A stretch of DNA of 64,000 nucleotides from an uncultured delta proteobacterium (GCA_963782055.1 CAWAIF010000003.1:1312001-1376000), one strand, 5' to 3'. Shown: positions 28,062 to 37,290, numbered from the stretch's first letter. Program-made: numbers and translations. Notes: a model not told the origin generated them from the letters alone.

Positions 28062-28436
28062 CTACTCCCGCGGTAGCTTGACGATGGCGTAGACGACCGG
28101 GCCGGCCGCCAGCGCGGTGAGCACGAAGAGCGCCGCCGTCGCCCCGTTCCATTCGGAGGGCGGGCCCACCCGCAGGAGGGAGGCCCCGAGGACCATCGCC
28201 CCGCCGATGGCGTGCTCACGGGTGGGGAGGCGATAGACGAGCACCGCCACCGTCAGGGCGAAGAGCACGCTGGCGATGGCGACGAGGCTCTTCCACGTCC
28301 ACGGCTCGCTCACGGTGGCGAACCACGCGATGAGCGCCGCCGTGGTGGCGAGCGCGAACCCCGCGAGCGCCACGGCCGCGTACATGCCCAGGCGCCGTGG
28401 GTCGGGCGGGTGGGACTGGGCGTCTCGAGGAGGCAT
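28062..28436 (-). CDS. Small multi-pass membrane protein
   Basis: Four hydrophobic segments; co-oriented with the downstream glycosyltransferase. Confidence 0.65.
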   Translation of the reverse strand: MPPRDAQSHPPDPRRLGMYAAVALAGFALATTAALIAWFATVSEPWTWKSLVAIASVLFALTVAVLVYRLPTREHAIGGAMVLGASLLRVGPPSEWNGATAALFVLTALAAGPVVYAIVKLPRE

Positions 28437-28495
28437 CAGGGGTTGGTCATGACGGTTTTTGTTGCCGTTCGCGACGGTTCCATCATCGTGACGGG

Positions 28496-29845
28496 ATGGC
28501 GGCAGGCTGGTGGCGGTCGGGTGTCCTTCTGGTGGTGGCCATGACGGTAGCTTGCGGCAGCTCCCCCGGGGAGCCCCTCGCGGGAGCGGATGGCGGAACG
28601 GACGGTTCGCCCGGCGAGGGGTCGGCGGGCGACGCGGCCGGCGACGCGGCAGACGACGCCGCGCCGCCCACGCCCATCCCCATCAAGCACGTCGTGATCA
28701 TCGTCAAGGAGAACCACACCTTCGACAACTACTTCGGCTCCTTCCCGGGCGCCGACGGCATCTCGCAGATCAAGACGCAGAACGGCACCATCACCCCGCC
28801 GGAGGCGCCGGACAAGACCCCGCGTGACTTCTGCCACGCCCACTCCTGCGCGCTGGCCGACTGGAACGGCGGCGCCATGGACGGCTGGGACAACACCGCC
28901 GGCACCAGCCAGAACGGCGACAACCTCGCCTACGCGCAGTACCTGGAGAAGGACATCCCCAACTACTGGCAGTACGCCCGCCACTTCGTCCTCGCCGATC
29001 GCTTCTTCGCCAACGTGCTCGGCCCGAGCTTCCCCGGCCACACCTTCGTGCTGGCCGCGCAGGCGGGGTGGTCGTACGGCAACCCCAACACCCAGATCTG
29101 GCACCCGTACTGGGGGTGCGATCAGTCCTCCAGCACCACCGTCGCCATCCAGGACCAGCAGACCTGCACCGAGAAGCAGGTGTTCCCGTGCTTCGACATC
29201 CCCTCGGTGCCCGACGTGCTGCCGCAGGGGGTCGACTGGAAGTTCTACGGGTCGGACTTCTACGTCCTCGGCGAGATCTGGTCGATGTTCGACGGGATCA
29301 AGAGCATCCGCAACGGCCCGGGGTGGAAGCACGTGGTCAACGCGAGCACGTTCGACTCCGACGTCGACGCCGGGAAGCTCCCCGCGGTCACCTGGCTGGT
29401 GAACCAGGACCTGGACGACGAGCACCCCAACATCGGCGGCGTGTGCGCGGGCGAGAACTGGACCGTCGGGCACATCAACAAGATCATGCAGAGCCAGTAC
29501 TGGAAGGACACCGCCATCCTCTTCACGATGGATGACTTCGGCGGCTGGTACGACCACGTGCCGCCCCCGCGGCAGTACGGCTGCGACACCAAGCAGCCCT
29601 ATGGCCTGGGTTTCCGCCTGCCGCTCATCGTCATCTCGCCGTACGCGAAGGAGGGCTTCATCTTCCACGAGGAGTCGGAGCAGGCGAGCATCCCGCGCTT
29701 CATCGAGCGCGTCTTCGGGGCCAAGACGCTCTCGTCGATCGATCCCGCCGCGCAGGACGGCCAGGCCAACGACCTGATGGACGCCTTCGACTTCACCCAG
29801 AAGCCGCTGCCTCCGCTGGTGCTGCAGCCGCGCTCCTGCCCCTGA
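28496..29845 (+). CDS. Phosphoesterase (phospholipase C/acid phosphatase) family lipoprotein
   Basis: IKHVVIIVKENHTFDNYFG; DEHP; DDFGGWYDHVPPP; GFRLPLIVISPY; lipobox TVAC. Confidence 0.92.
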   Translation: MAAGWWRSGVLLVVAMTVACGSSPGEPLAGADGGTDGSPGEGSAGDAAGDAADDAAPPTPIPIKHVVIIVKENHTFDNYFGSFPGADGISQIKTQNGTITPPEAPDKTPRDFCHAHSCALADWNGGAMDGWDNTAGTSQNGDNLAYAQYLEKDIPNYWQYARHFVLADRFFANVLGPSFPGHTFVLAAQAGWSYGNPNTQIWHPYWGCDQSSSTTVAIQDQQTCTEKQVFPCFDIPSVPDVLPQGVDWKFYGSDFYVLGEIWSMFDGIKSIRNGPGWKHVVNASTFDSDVDAGKLPAVTWLVNQDLDDEHPNIGGVCAGENWTVGHINKIMQSQYWKDTAILFTMDDFGGWYDHVPPPRQYGCDTKQPYGLGFRLPLIVISPYAKEGFIFHEESEQASIPRFIERVFGAKTLSSIDPAAQDGQANDLMDAFDFTQKPLPPLVLQPRSCP

Positions 29846-29854
29846 CCGCCCCGT

Positions 29855-30760
29855 TCACGCGTGCAGGCGTCGGCGGTGGGTGCGCCGCGGCGGGCTGTGG
29901 CCGGACATCAGCAGCCACTGCACCACGCGGAAGCGGTGGCCGCGGTACGGCTCGAGCAGCTCCAGCATGCGCGCGTCGGTGCCGCGCTCCTCCCCGGCGA
30001 AGGCCCGCGCGACCATGTGCGCGTGGTGGTAGTCGCCCACCGGCACGGCGTCGGGATCGCCGCCCGCCCACGCCATCACCAGGGCGGTGGTCCACGGGCC
30101 GGTGCCGTGCAGCGACTCCAGCCGCGCGCGCAGCGCCTCGCGATCGTCCACGGCGGCCTGCAGGGCCTCGGCCGCGCGCGCGGCGACGAGCAAGGCGCGG
30201 TGGCGCTTCAGCTCCACCCCCGCGGCGCGCGCCTCGAAGGAGGGCAGCTCGCGCCACTGCTTCGCCGAGAGGGGCAGCCGGAGCGGCCGGGGGCCCGGCG
30301 CGGGATCGCCGTGCCGGGTGGTCAGCCGGCGCCAGGCGTCCGCCGCCTGCACGAACTCCACGCGCTGCTCCAGGATGGCCCTGGCGTGGATCTCCCCGGC
30401 GCACACCGCGCGCGCGAGGCGCACGCCGCGGAGGCGGAGGGCGAGCTCGCGCAGCCACGCGGGCTGCTCGGGACGGAAGGCGGAAGGGTCGTCCTGCATC
30501 CCGGTGAGGGCGGGCGCGCGGGAGACGGCCCAACCTGCGCCGGCGCCCCACGCGCGCACCACCACGCGCGCGGCGAGCGGCTCGTGGCGCAGGTGCACGG
30601 TGACGGGTCCAGCGGGCGTGTGGGCGGCCTTCCAGACCGAGAGGCCTCCCTCGTCCGCCTGCGCCGCCGGATCGCCCACGCCGAAGCGGTGCACCCGCAG
30701 GGTGCGCGCCGCGTCGTACGGGGCCGGGGTCGGGACGGACGTCTGCTCGTCCGGTGTCAC
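29855..30760 (-). CDS. AlkA-like DNA glycosylase (HhH-GPD)
   Basis: AILEQRV; LHGTGPWT helix-hairpin-helix; PVGDYH. Confidence 0.82.
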   Translation of the reverse strand: MTPDEQTSVPTPAPYDAARTLRVHRFGVGDPAAQADEGGLSVWKAAHTPAGPVTVHLRHEPLAARVVVRAWGAGAGWAVSRAPALTGMQDDPSAFRPEQPAWLRELALRLRGVRLARAVCAGEIHARAILEQRVEFVQAADAWRRLTTRHGDPAPGPRPLRLPLSAKQWRELPSFEARAAGVELKRHRALLVAARAAEALQAAVDDREALRARLESLHGTGPWTTALVMAWAGGDPDAVPVGDYHHAHMVARAFAGEERGTDARMLELLEPYRGHRFRVVQWLLMSGHSPPRRTHRRRLHA

Positions 30761-30764
30761 GTGG

Positions 30765-31490
30765 TCAGCCGCGGATGCGGATGGCGTACGTCAGCTTCGC
30801 CACGCTACGCAGCACGTTGGGCACCCGCTTGAACAGGTTGATGGAGGGCGGGCGCTTCTCGATGATGTGCACCGGGATCTCCTTCGTCTTGACCCCGCCG
30901 CGGTCCGCGCGGATGACGAACTCGCTCGCGAAGACGTCCTTGTCGACCAGGCACGCGCGCACGGTGTCGAGCAGGGCGGTGCGGCGGAAGGCCTTCAGGC
31001 CGTGGGTGTCGGTGCCGCGGAAGCCGAGCATGACGCGCAGCAGGCCGGAGTACGCCATGCTCGCGACGTGACGGAGCATCGGCCGGTCGTCCTCGGCGCC
31101 GCGGGCGAGCTTCGAGCCGATGACCAGATCCGCCTCGCCCGTCTCCAGGATATCCACCGCGCGGCGGTGGAAGTCCACGTCGCAGAGGTCGATCTCGTCG
31201 CAGATGACGATGTCGCCGCGCGCGAGGAGGATCCCCTGCTTGAGCGCCTTGCCGTAGTTGGGCTCGCCCAGGCTGATGACCTTCACCTGGCCGTCGATGG
31301 TGTGCTGGTACTTGGCCGCGAGCTCGTGGGCGATCTCGACGGTGCGGTCCTTGGAGCCGTTCTCCGCCAGGATGACCTCGTACGACCAGCCGAGGGGCTT
31401 GAGCCGCTCCCGCAGGTCCACGACGGCCGCGTGGAGGATCGCCTGCTCGTTGTAGATCGGGATGACGATGGAGATGCGCGGGTCCGCCAT
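30765..31490 (-). CDS. Glycosyltransferase family 2 (polyprenol-phosphate sugar synthase-like)
   Basis: ISIVIPIYNE; ENGSKDRT; DTHGLKAF. Confidence 0.9.
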   Translation of the reverse strand: MADPRISIVIPIYNEQAILHAAVVDLRERLKPLGWSYEVILAENGSKDRTVEIAHELAAKYQHTIDGQVKVISLGEPNYGKALKQGILLARGDIVICDEIDLCDVDFHRRAVDILETGEADLVIGSKLARGAEDDRPMLRHVASMAYSGLLRVMLGFRGTDTHGLKAFRRTALLDTVRACLVDKDVFASEFVIRADRGGVKTKEIPVHIIEKRPPSINLFKRVPNVLRSVAKLTYAIRIRG

Positions 31491-31646
31491 GGGAAGGGCC
31501 GATGAGGGAAGGTCTCCCGTTCCACGGGCCCACTCCGGGCCCCCGGGAGAAAGGCCCCCGTCATAGCCCAAGTGAGGCAGCTTCCCAAACCGAATCGCGG
31601 CGCCCACGCCAGCTCCAACGGGGCGCGGGGCCGGCACGTATCGCGG

Positions 31647-32249
31647 CTCAGGTTGCGCGCCGTTCGGGCCGTCGGCCGGCCTTCGGCCGGACCTCAGGTT
31701 GCGCGCCGTTCGGGCCGTCGGCCGGCCTTCGGCCGGACCTCAGGTCGCGTGCCCTTCGGGCCGTCGGCCGGCCTTCGGCCGGACCTCAGGTCGCGTGCCC
31801 TTCGGGCCGTCGGCCGGCCTTCGGCCGGACCTCAGGTCGCGTGCCCTTCGGGCCGTCGGCCGGCCTTCGGCCGGAGCTCAGGTCGCGCGCCCTTCGGGCC
31901 GTCGGCCGGCCTTCGGCCGGACCTCAGGTTGCGTGCCCTTCGGGCCGTCGGCCGGCCTTCGGCCGGACCTCAGGTTGCGTGCCCTTCGGGCCGTCGGCCG
32001 GCCTTCGGCCGGACCTCAGGTTGCGTGCCCTTCGGGCCGTCGGCCGGCCTTCGGCCGGACCTCAGGTTGCGTGCCCTTCGGGCCGTCGGCCGGCCTTCGG
32101 CCGGACCTCAGGTTGCGTGCCCTTCGGGCCGTCGGCCGGCCTTCGGCCGGACCTCAGGTTGCGTGCCCTTCGGGCCGTCGGCCGGCCTTCGGCCGGACCT
32201 CAGGTTGCGTGCCCTTCGGGCCGTCGGCCGGCCTTCGGCCGGACCTCAG
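31647..32249. repeat. Tandem array of 13 x 46-bp double-hairpin units (REP/BIME-like)
   Basis: Unit CTCAGGTTGCGTGCCCTTCGGGCCGTCGGCCGGCCTTCGGCCGGAC recurs every 46 nt from 31647 to 32244, plus a terminal CTCAG. Confidence 0.97.
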
Positions 32250-32342
32250 CCGCGCCGGGTGGGGCTGTCCCGGGTGTCCCCCGGAGGTGTCCGGGGACAG
32301 TTGACGGCGGCGCGATACCACGCAAAGTAGCTGCCTTCGCGC

Positions 32343-32358
32343 TGGCACATCGGGTGCA
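32343..32358 (+). promoter_or_regulatory. Sigma54-like -24/-12 element upstream of ssb
   Basis: TGGCACATCGGGTGCA with correct GG-N10-GC spacing, followed by a GAGGAG RBS. Confidence 0.45.
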
Positions 32359-32386
32359 GTGCCTGGGGAACGAGGAGATTACGACG

Positions 32387-32854
32387 ATGGCCGAAGGCTT
32401 GAACAAGGTGTTGCTGTTCGGAAACCTGGGCGCGGACCCGGAGCTGCGCGTCACCCCGAGCGGCCAGGCGGTGCTCAAGCTGCGTCTCGCCACGACGGAG
32501 AGCTACGTCGACAAGAGCAACACCCGGCAGGAGCGCACCGAGTGGCACTCCATCACCATCTGGGGCAAGCGCGGTGAGGCGCTCGCCAAGATCCTCGGCA
32601 AGGGCGACCGCGTGTTCATCGAGGGCTCGCTCCGCACCTCGAGCTACGAGAAGAACGGCGAGAAGCGCTACCGCACCGAGATTGTGGCGAGCAACATCAT
32701 CCTCGGTGGCGGCGGCCGCCGCGGCGGCGCCGAGCGCTCGGAGGAAGCGCCCCGCTCCTACGGCCGCTCTGCCCCGGCCGCTCAGCCGGTGGACGCCGGC
32801 GGTGGCGCGGACGACTTCGTCGACGCCGGCGGCGACGACGAGATCCCCTTCTGA
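32387..32854 (+). CDS. ssb: Single-stranded DNA-binding protein
   Basis: NKVLLFGNLGADPELR; ERTEWH; C-terminal DDEIPF. Confidence 0.97.
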   Translation: MAEGLNKVLLFGNLGADPELRVTPSGQAVLKLRLATTESYVDKSNTRQERTEWHSITIWGKRGEALAKILGKGDRVFIEGSLRTSSYEKNGEKRYRTEIVASNIILGGGGRRGGAERSEEAPRSYGRSAPAAQPVDAGGGADDFVDAGGDDEIPF

Positions 32855-32862
32855 GCTCGGCG

Positions 32863-33636
32863 GTGCTCTCCACCCTGGGCGCGGAGGCCCTCGCACGGTC
32901 GGTGCGAGAGCGCGCCGCCGCGCTGGAGCGTCCCGTCGCCGCGTTTGACGCCGACGGCACGCTCTGGTCGGGCGACGTGGGGGAAGACCTCTTCTTCTCC
33001 GCGCTCGAGCGGGCCGACGTGCGCGCGCCGGCCGCGACCGCCCTGCGGGAGGTGGCGCGCGCCCACTCGCTACCTGACGCGGGCGGCGGCGTCGCGGTGG
33101 CGCGCGGCCTGTGGGAGGCCTACCTGCGCGGCGCCTTCGCCGAGCAGGCCGTGTGCGAGATGATGACCTGGCTCTTCGCCGGCTGGTCGGAGGGGGAGAT
33201 GGACGCCTTCGCCGCCACCGTCGTGGCCGCGGCGAGCTTGCCTTCGCGCGGGCAGGGCGAGGTGCTCTCGGTGCTCGCCGCCGCGCGCGAGGCGGGCGTG
33301 GAGTGCTTCGTGGTGAGCGCGTCGCCGCTGCCCATCGTTCGCGTCGGGGCGGCGCTGCTCGGGTTCGACGCGTCGCACGTGCTGGCCGGCATCCCGGCGC
33401 GCGCGGCGGGTGTCCTTCAGGCGGACGTGGAGCGCCCCTTCCCCTACGGCGCGGGCAAGGTGGCGGCCCTGCGCGGCCGTGTGGGGGAGCGGCCGCTCGC
33501 CGCCGCCTTCGGCGACAGCCCCTCGGACGCGGACATGCTGCGGCAGGCGCGTGTCCCCGTCGCGGTCCGGCCGAAGCCCAGGCTCCGGGCGATGGGCGCG
33601 GAGGTGCGCGGCCTGGTGGAGCTCTCGCCCAAGTAG
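32863..33636 (+). CDS. HAD-superfamily hydrolase (subfamily IB-like)
   Basis: FDADGTLW; VSAS; GK; GDSPSD. Confidence 0.88.
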   Translation: MLSTLGAEALARSVRERAAALERPVAAFDADGTLWSGDVGEDLFFSALERADVRAPAATALREVARAHSLPDAGGGVAVARGLWEAYLRGAFAEQAVCEMMTWLFAGWSEGEMDAFAATVVAAASLPSRGQGEVLSVLAAAREAGVECFVVSASPLPIVRVGAALLGFDASHVLAGIPARAAGVLQADVERPFPYGAGKVAALRGRVGERPLAAAFGDSPSDADMLRQARVPVAVRPKPRLRAMGAEVRGLVELSPK

Positions 33637-33669
33637 ATGAGCGTTCGCGACTCGCGAACGCGAACCAAG
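33634..33669. repeat. Dispersed palindromic repeat, copy 1
   Basis: TAGATGAGCGTTCGCGACTCGCGAACGCGAACCAAG; near-identical copy at 49332. Confidence 0.75.
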
Positions 33670-33801
33670 CGCGGGAGCTGGCGAGTTCTCAGGTCGGGAA
33701 CCCCGACGCATAGCGGATGGCCCGCGTGCGAGGGGCTCCTGCCAGATTCACAAGCAGCTCGCCCCCTGTCCCCCCCGGCCCCCCTTCCTGTCCCCGGACA
33801 C

Positions 33802-33841
33802 CAGACGTCGAAGTGCAAGGATCCTTTCACTTCGACGTCTG
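33802..33841. promoter_or_regulatory. 40-bp near-perfect palindrome upstream of MarR-like gene
   Basis: CAGACGTCGAAGTGCAAGGA|TCCTTTCACTTCGACGTCTG with a single mismatched pair. Confidence 0.7.
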
Positions 33842-33894
33842 TGCGGGAATCCGTGAGGAGGGGGGGTGGCATGGGGGGTGCTTGGGGGGCGGGG

Positions 33895-34491
33895 ATGGAT
33901 CCTGTGTTCTTCACGATCAAGCGGGCGTACTACGCGACGCTCCGGCTCACGCGGCGGGCGCTTCGGGCGATGGGGTTGACGGCGGCGCGGTTCGACGTGC
34001 TCGACGCGCTGTACCGGCTGGGGACGGGGTGCGCGCACTTCCAGAGCGACCTCCGGCGCGGGCTCGGCGTGGCCCGATCCACCATCAGCGAGATGATGCG
34101 GTCGCTCGAGAAGGTCGGGCTCGTGACGCGGCGGCGTGACGGGCGCGACGTCATCGTCGCGCTCAGCGTCGAGGGGCGGCGGCGGATCCGGCGCGCGTAC
34201 TACGGGCTCGTGCTCGTGGGGCACGTGGGGCACGCGCTGGACGGCGCGCTTGCGCCGGGCGAGCGGCGCTGGCCCGATCCGCGGCGCTGCGCCAGCGCGC
34301 GCAGACACCTCGAGGCGCTCTGCATGCGCATCCGGCTCGGGTTCGGCGACGGGGCGACGCTGGACCGGCACACCGAGTATGGGTTCTGGGTTCTGCGGGA
34401 CCACGACCGCGCCCGCCACGCCAACGCTCGGCGGGAGCAGCGCCAGCGCGAGCTCGATCGCGCCTACGCGCTCGCCCCGCCGAGGACGTGA
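33895..34491 (+). CDS. MarR-family winged-helix regulator
   Basis: GLTAARFDVL...QSDLRRGLGVARSTISEMMRSLEKVGLV...LSVEGRR. Confidence 0.8.
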   Translation: MDPVFFTIKRAYYATLRLTRRALRAMGLTAARFDVLDALYRLGTGCAHFQSDLRRGLGVARSTISEMMRSLEKVGLVTRRRDGRDVIVALSVEGRRRIRRAYYGLVLVGHVGHALDGALAPGERRWPDPRRCASARRHLEALCMRIRLGFGDGATLDRHTEYGFWVLRDHDRARHANARREQRQRELDRAYALAPPRT

Positions 34492-34502
34492 CTAGGTCTC
34501 TC

Positions 34503-34964
34503 TCAGTTGCAGAGCGGGCAGCCCACCGGGCAGGTCGGCCCGGGCTCGCACTTGGGCGGGCCGGAGGGGCCCGGACCCTGGATCTCGCAGCACACGTCGC
34601 CGCCGGCGCACGCGGGTTTGCACGTCGGCGCCTGACACTTGCCGTTGAGGCACATGGAGGTCTTGCCCTCGCACTTGGTGCCGCAGCCGCCGCAGTTGAG
34701 CGGATCGTTCTGCTCGTTGATGCAGGCGTCGCCGCAGCAGGCGAGGCCAGGCGCGCAGGCGCCCGCGTCGCACGGGCCGCCGCCGCTGTCGGCGCCGGAG
34801 TCGGTGCCGCCGCCGGAGTCGGGGGTCCCGCCGTCGACGCCGCCGGAGTCCGTACCGCCGCCGGAGTCCAGCGACGCGTCGGGGCCTGCGTCCAGGTCGG
34901 TGCTGGTGGAGCCGCTGCAGGCGGCGAGGAGCAGGGCGGACGAGAGGAGAAGCAAGCGGTTCAT
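34503..34964 (-). CDS. Cys-rich lipoprotein (DPxNCGxCG repeat type)
   Basis: Lipobox LLAAC; DSGGG linker repeats; NDPLNCGGCGTKC. Confidence 0.82.
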   Translation of the reverse strand: MNRLLLLSSALLLAACSGSTSTDLDAGPDASLDSGGGTDSGGVDGGTPDSGGGTDSGADSGGGPCDAGACAPGLACCGDACINEQNDPLNCGGCGTKCEGKTSMCLNGKCQAPTCKPACAGGDVCCEIQGPGPSGPPKCEPGPTCPVGCPLCN

Positions 34965-35132
34965 GGCCTCCAGTCTAGCCCTCCGTGGCCCGATCGTCAG
35001 CCGCGATGACCAGCGTCGGCGCAACGGCGAAGCGGCGTGATCAGGAGCTCCCCATTTCAATCGCCGCACCGCTTCGTCATCGACGACGTCACACCTGCGC
35101 CACCGGGTACATCGTTGCGTGGCCGCCGGAGA

Positions 35133-35582
35133 TCAGCGCGAGGCGGTCTCGATCGGGTCGGGCAGGGGTACCGCCATCTCCCCGCGCACCTCGGCCTCGT
35201 AGCGAAGCGCGACGGCGGTGCGCGCGCAACGACCGGTGGCGTACGCCCACACCGGGTGCCCCGGGCAGACGTCGATCGCCCGCCGGAGGATCTTCACCGC
35301 GAGCCGGGTCTGCCCGCGCGCGTCTCGCCGCGGCGTGCGCGCGCACGGCGTCTGGTAGGCGCCACACGACCGGCCGTGATCACCCACGGCGTGCGGGTGG
35401 TACGCGCTCTCGTGCGCGGCGAGCACGTCGAGCAGCGCGGCGTAGAGCTGCGGCGCCTCGGTCTCGGCGGCGACCTCGGCGATCACGCGCGCGGCGCCGA
35501 GGGGCCGCGGGATGGGGAAGCCGTGGCCGTCGTGGAGCAAGGGCAGCGCGAGAAGCCATGCGAGAAGCTGTGCGGACGTCAT
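35133..35582 (-). CDS. Small exported lytic transglycosylase/lysozyme-like protein
   Basis: Signal peptide; AAHESAY (catalytic E-S); GDHGRSCGAYQ resembling the SLT GLMQ motif. Confidence 0.6.
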   Translation of the reverse strand: MTSAQLLAWLLALPLLHDGHGFPIPRPLGAARVIAEVAAETEAPQLYAALLDVLAAHESAYHPHAVGDHGRSCGAYQTPCARTPRRDARGQTRLAVKILRRAIDVCPGHPVWAYATGRCARTAVALRYEAEVRGEMAVPLPDPIETASR

Positions 35583-35694
35583 GAGTCGGCCTCCGTGGTG
35601 GCGAGGCCGGGGGACGTGGGGCCCGGGTCCCGATTTGGAAAGGGGGAGCGCCCCGCGCCGCAGAAGGTGCGCTCGTCGACCCCGGCTCCCCGCG

Positions 35695-36045
35695 CTACTC
35701 CGCGGCCGCCGCCTTCCGCGCTCGCTGCTTCGGGTCGCGCGTCGTGCGCGTCGCTCTGCGCTTGAGGTTGGACGTCGGCTTGGCGCGGTTGGCGCTCGCG
35801 CGGGTGGACTTGCGTGACGGCTTACCCGTCGCCGAGTTCTCCAGCGCGTAGGCCGCCTTGCCCGCGGCGTGCTCCGACCGATTACGCTTGGCCGTGCCCT
35901 TCGGGCCGACCTTGCGCGCCGACGCGCTCACGCCCGGGAGGGACGTGTCCACCGGCTTGTCGCGCCGGGGTGCCTTCGGCTTCTTGGGCTTGCCGGGGCC
36001 GGACCGCTCGGCCCGGTAACGAGACTTCTCGGCTTTTGTCGACAT
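35695..36045 (-). CDS. Small, very basic Lys/Arg-rich protein
   Basis: MSTKAEKSRY...KPSRKSTR; AAAGG upstream; directly downstream of the sigma factor. Confidence 0.65.
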   Translation of the reverse strand: MSTKAEKSRYRAERSGPGKPKKPKAPRRDKPVDTSLPGVSASARKVGPKGTAKRNRSEHAAGKAAYALENSATGKPSRKSTRASANRAKPTSNLKRRATRTTRDPKQRARKAAAAE

Positions 36046-36111
36046 GGCGATCTGCCTTTCGTGTGCGTCTAAGGTCTCCATGCCCACGGCCATGGTCAAG
36101 GCCGAGCCAGA

Positions 36112-37290
36112 TCAAATCGCGACGTCGGGCCGGAACGACTGCTCCTCGCACCGCTCGCGCAACTTGCGCAGCGCGGCGGCCTCGATCTGCCGCACGCGCT
36201 CACGGCTGAGCGACAGCACCGTGCCGATCTCCTCCAGCGTGTGCTCGGAGGAGCCCTCCAGGCCGAAGCGCATGCCGAGCACGCGGCGCTCGCGGGCGTC
36301 GAGGGTGGTGAGCAGGTCTCGCGCGCTCCTTCGCATGCGCGCGGAGGCGACCTCGTCGTCGGGCATCGGCGTCGTGTCGTTGGCGACGATGTCGCCGAGG
36401 CTCTTCTCGCCGTCGAACATCGTCGGGGCGTCCAGGCTCGCCGGCTCGCGGGCGAGGCCCAGCACCAGCTCCACCTTGGCGATGGGAAGGCCGCTCTTGT
36501 GCGCGAGCTGCGCCGGCGTCGGTTCCTCCCCGAGCTCCTGGCGCAGGCGGCCGCGCGCGCGCAGCACCTTGATGCGGCTCTCGACGATGTGCACCGGCAC
36601 GCGGATCGTCGGGGCGCGGTCGGCGATGGCGCGCTGCATGGCCTGCTTGATCCACCACGACGCGTAGGTGCTCAGCCGGTGACCCGTGCGGTAGTCGTAC
36701 TTGTCGACGGCGCGCATGAGGCCCACGTTGCCCTCCTGAACCAGGTCGAGGAACGCCAGGTGATCGCTGCGGTAGCCGCGCGCGAAGGACACGACCAGCC
36801 GCAGGTTGCTCTCGATGAGCTCGTTCTTCGCGCGCTGCACGCTGCGCTTGGCGGCGCTCACGCGGGCGATGACCGAGGTGTTCCCCGCGAGGCGCACGGC
36901 CTCCTCCATCCTCTCCACGACGTCGGGGTGGAGCCGCAGCGCGACAAGGCGCCGGAGGAGGTCCTCGCGGCTGCGGCGGGCGGCGAGGGTCCGCACGAGT
37001 CGCGTGCGCTGCGTCCTCGCCGCCTCACGGCTCTGCTCGACGTTGCGGAGCACCATCCCCAGCGTGAGCCGGCCGGCGCAGAGATCGGCGCGCATCTCGG
37101 CGAGGACGCACGCAGCCTCGTCGGTCTCCAGGAGCGCCTCGAGGATGGCGCGCTCGCTGTCCTCGATGTCCCGCGCGATGCGCACTTCTTCCTCGCGCGT
37201 CAGCACCGGTTTGCGCAGACCGCCGAGGTAGAGCGTCCGCGCGTGTGCTCGCGGCGAGCTCGGCCTGTTTTGTTGGGCTCGGGTGTTCAA
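36112..37290 (-). CDS. RpoD/SigA-like sigma-70 factor lacking region 1.1 (group 2-like)
   Basis: LTREEE; ESNLRLVVS; DLVQEGNVGLMRAVDKYD; STYASWWIKQ; RIRVPVH-like TIRVPVH; TLEEIG...SRERVRQIE. TTG start inferred. Confidence 0.9.
   Translation of the reverse strand: MNTRAQQNRPSSPRAHARTLYLGGLRKPVLTREEEVRIARDIEDSERAILEALLETDEAACVLAEMRADLCAGRLTLGMVLRNVEQSREAARTQRTRLVRTLAARRSREDLLRRLVALRLHPDVVERMEEAVRLAGNTSVIARVSAAKRSVQRAKNELIESNLRLVVSFARGYRSDHLAFLDLVQEGNVGLMRAVDKYDYRTGHRLSTYASWWIKQAMQRAIADRAPTIRVPVHIVESRIKVLRARGRLRQELGEEPTPAQLAHKSGLPIAKVELVLGLAREPASLDAPTMFDGEKSLGDIVANDTTPMPDDEVASARMRRSARDLLTTLDARERRVLGMRFGLEGSSEHTLEEIGTVLSLSRERVRQIEAAALRKLRERCEEQSFRPDVAI

Noticed and set aside
31647..32249. CRISPR array
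   Set aside because: Units are contiguous near-identical 46-mers with no unique spacers, and no cas gene is in the window.
31502..32386. ORFs through the repeat array, including a 450-aa N-terminally extended SSB
   Set aside because: The unit is not a multiple of 3 and merely lacks plus-strand stops; ssb has its own RBS and canonical start at 32387.
35893..35908. Solo fragment of the 46-bp repeat (CGTGCCCTTCGGGCCG)
   Set aside because: Short match inside a coding region in very high-GC DNA; likely chance.
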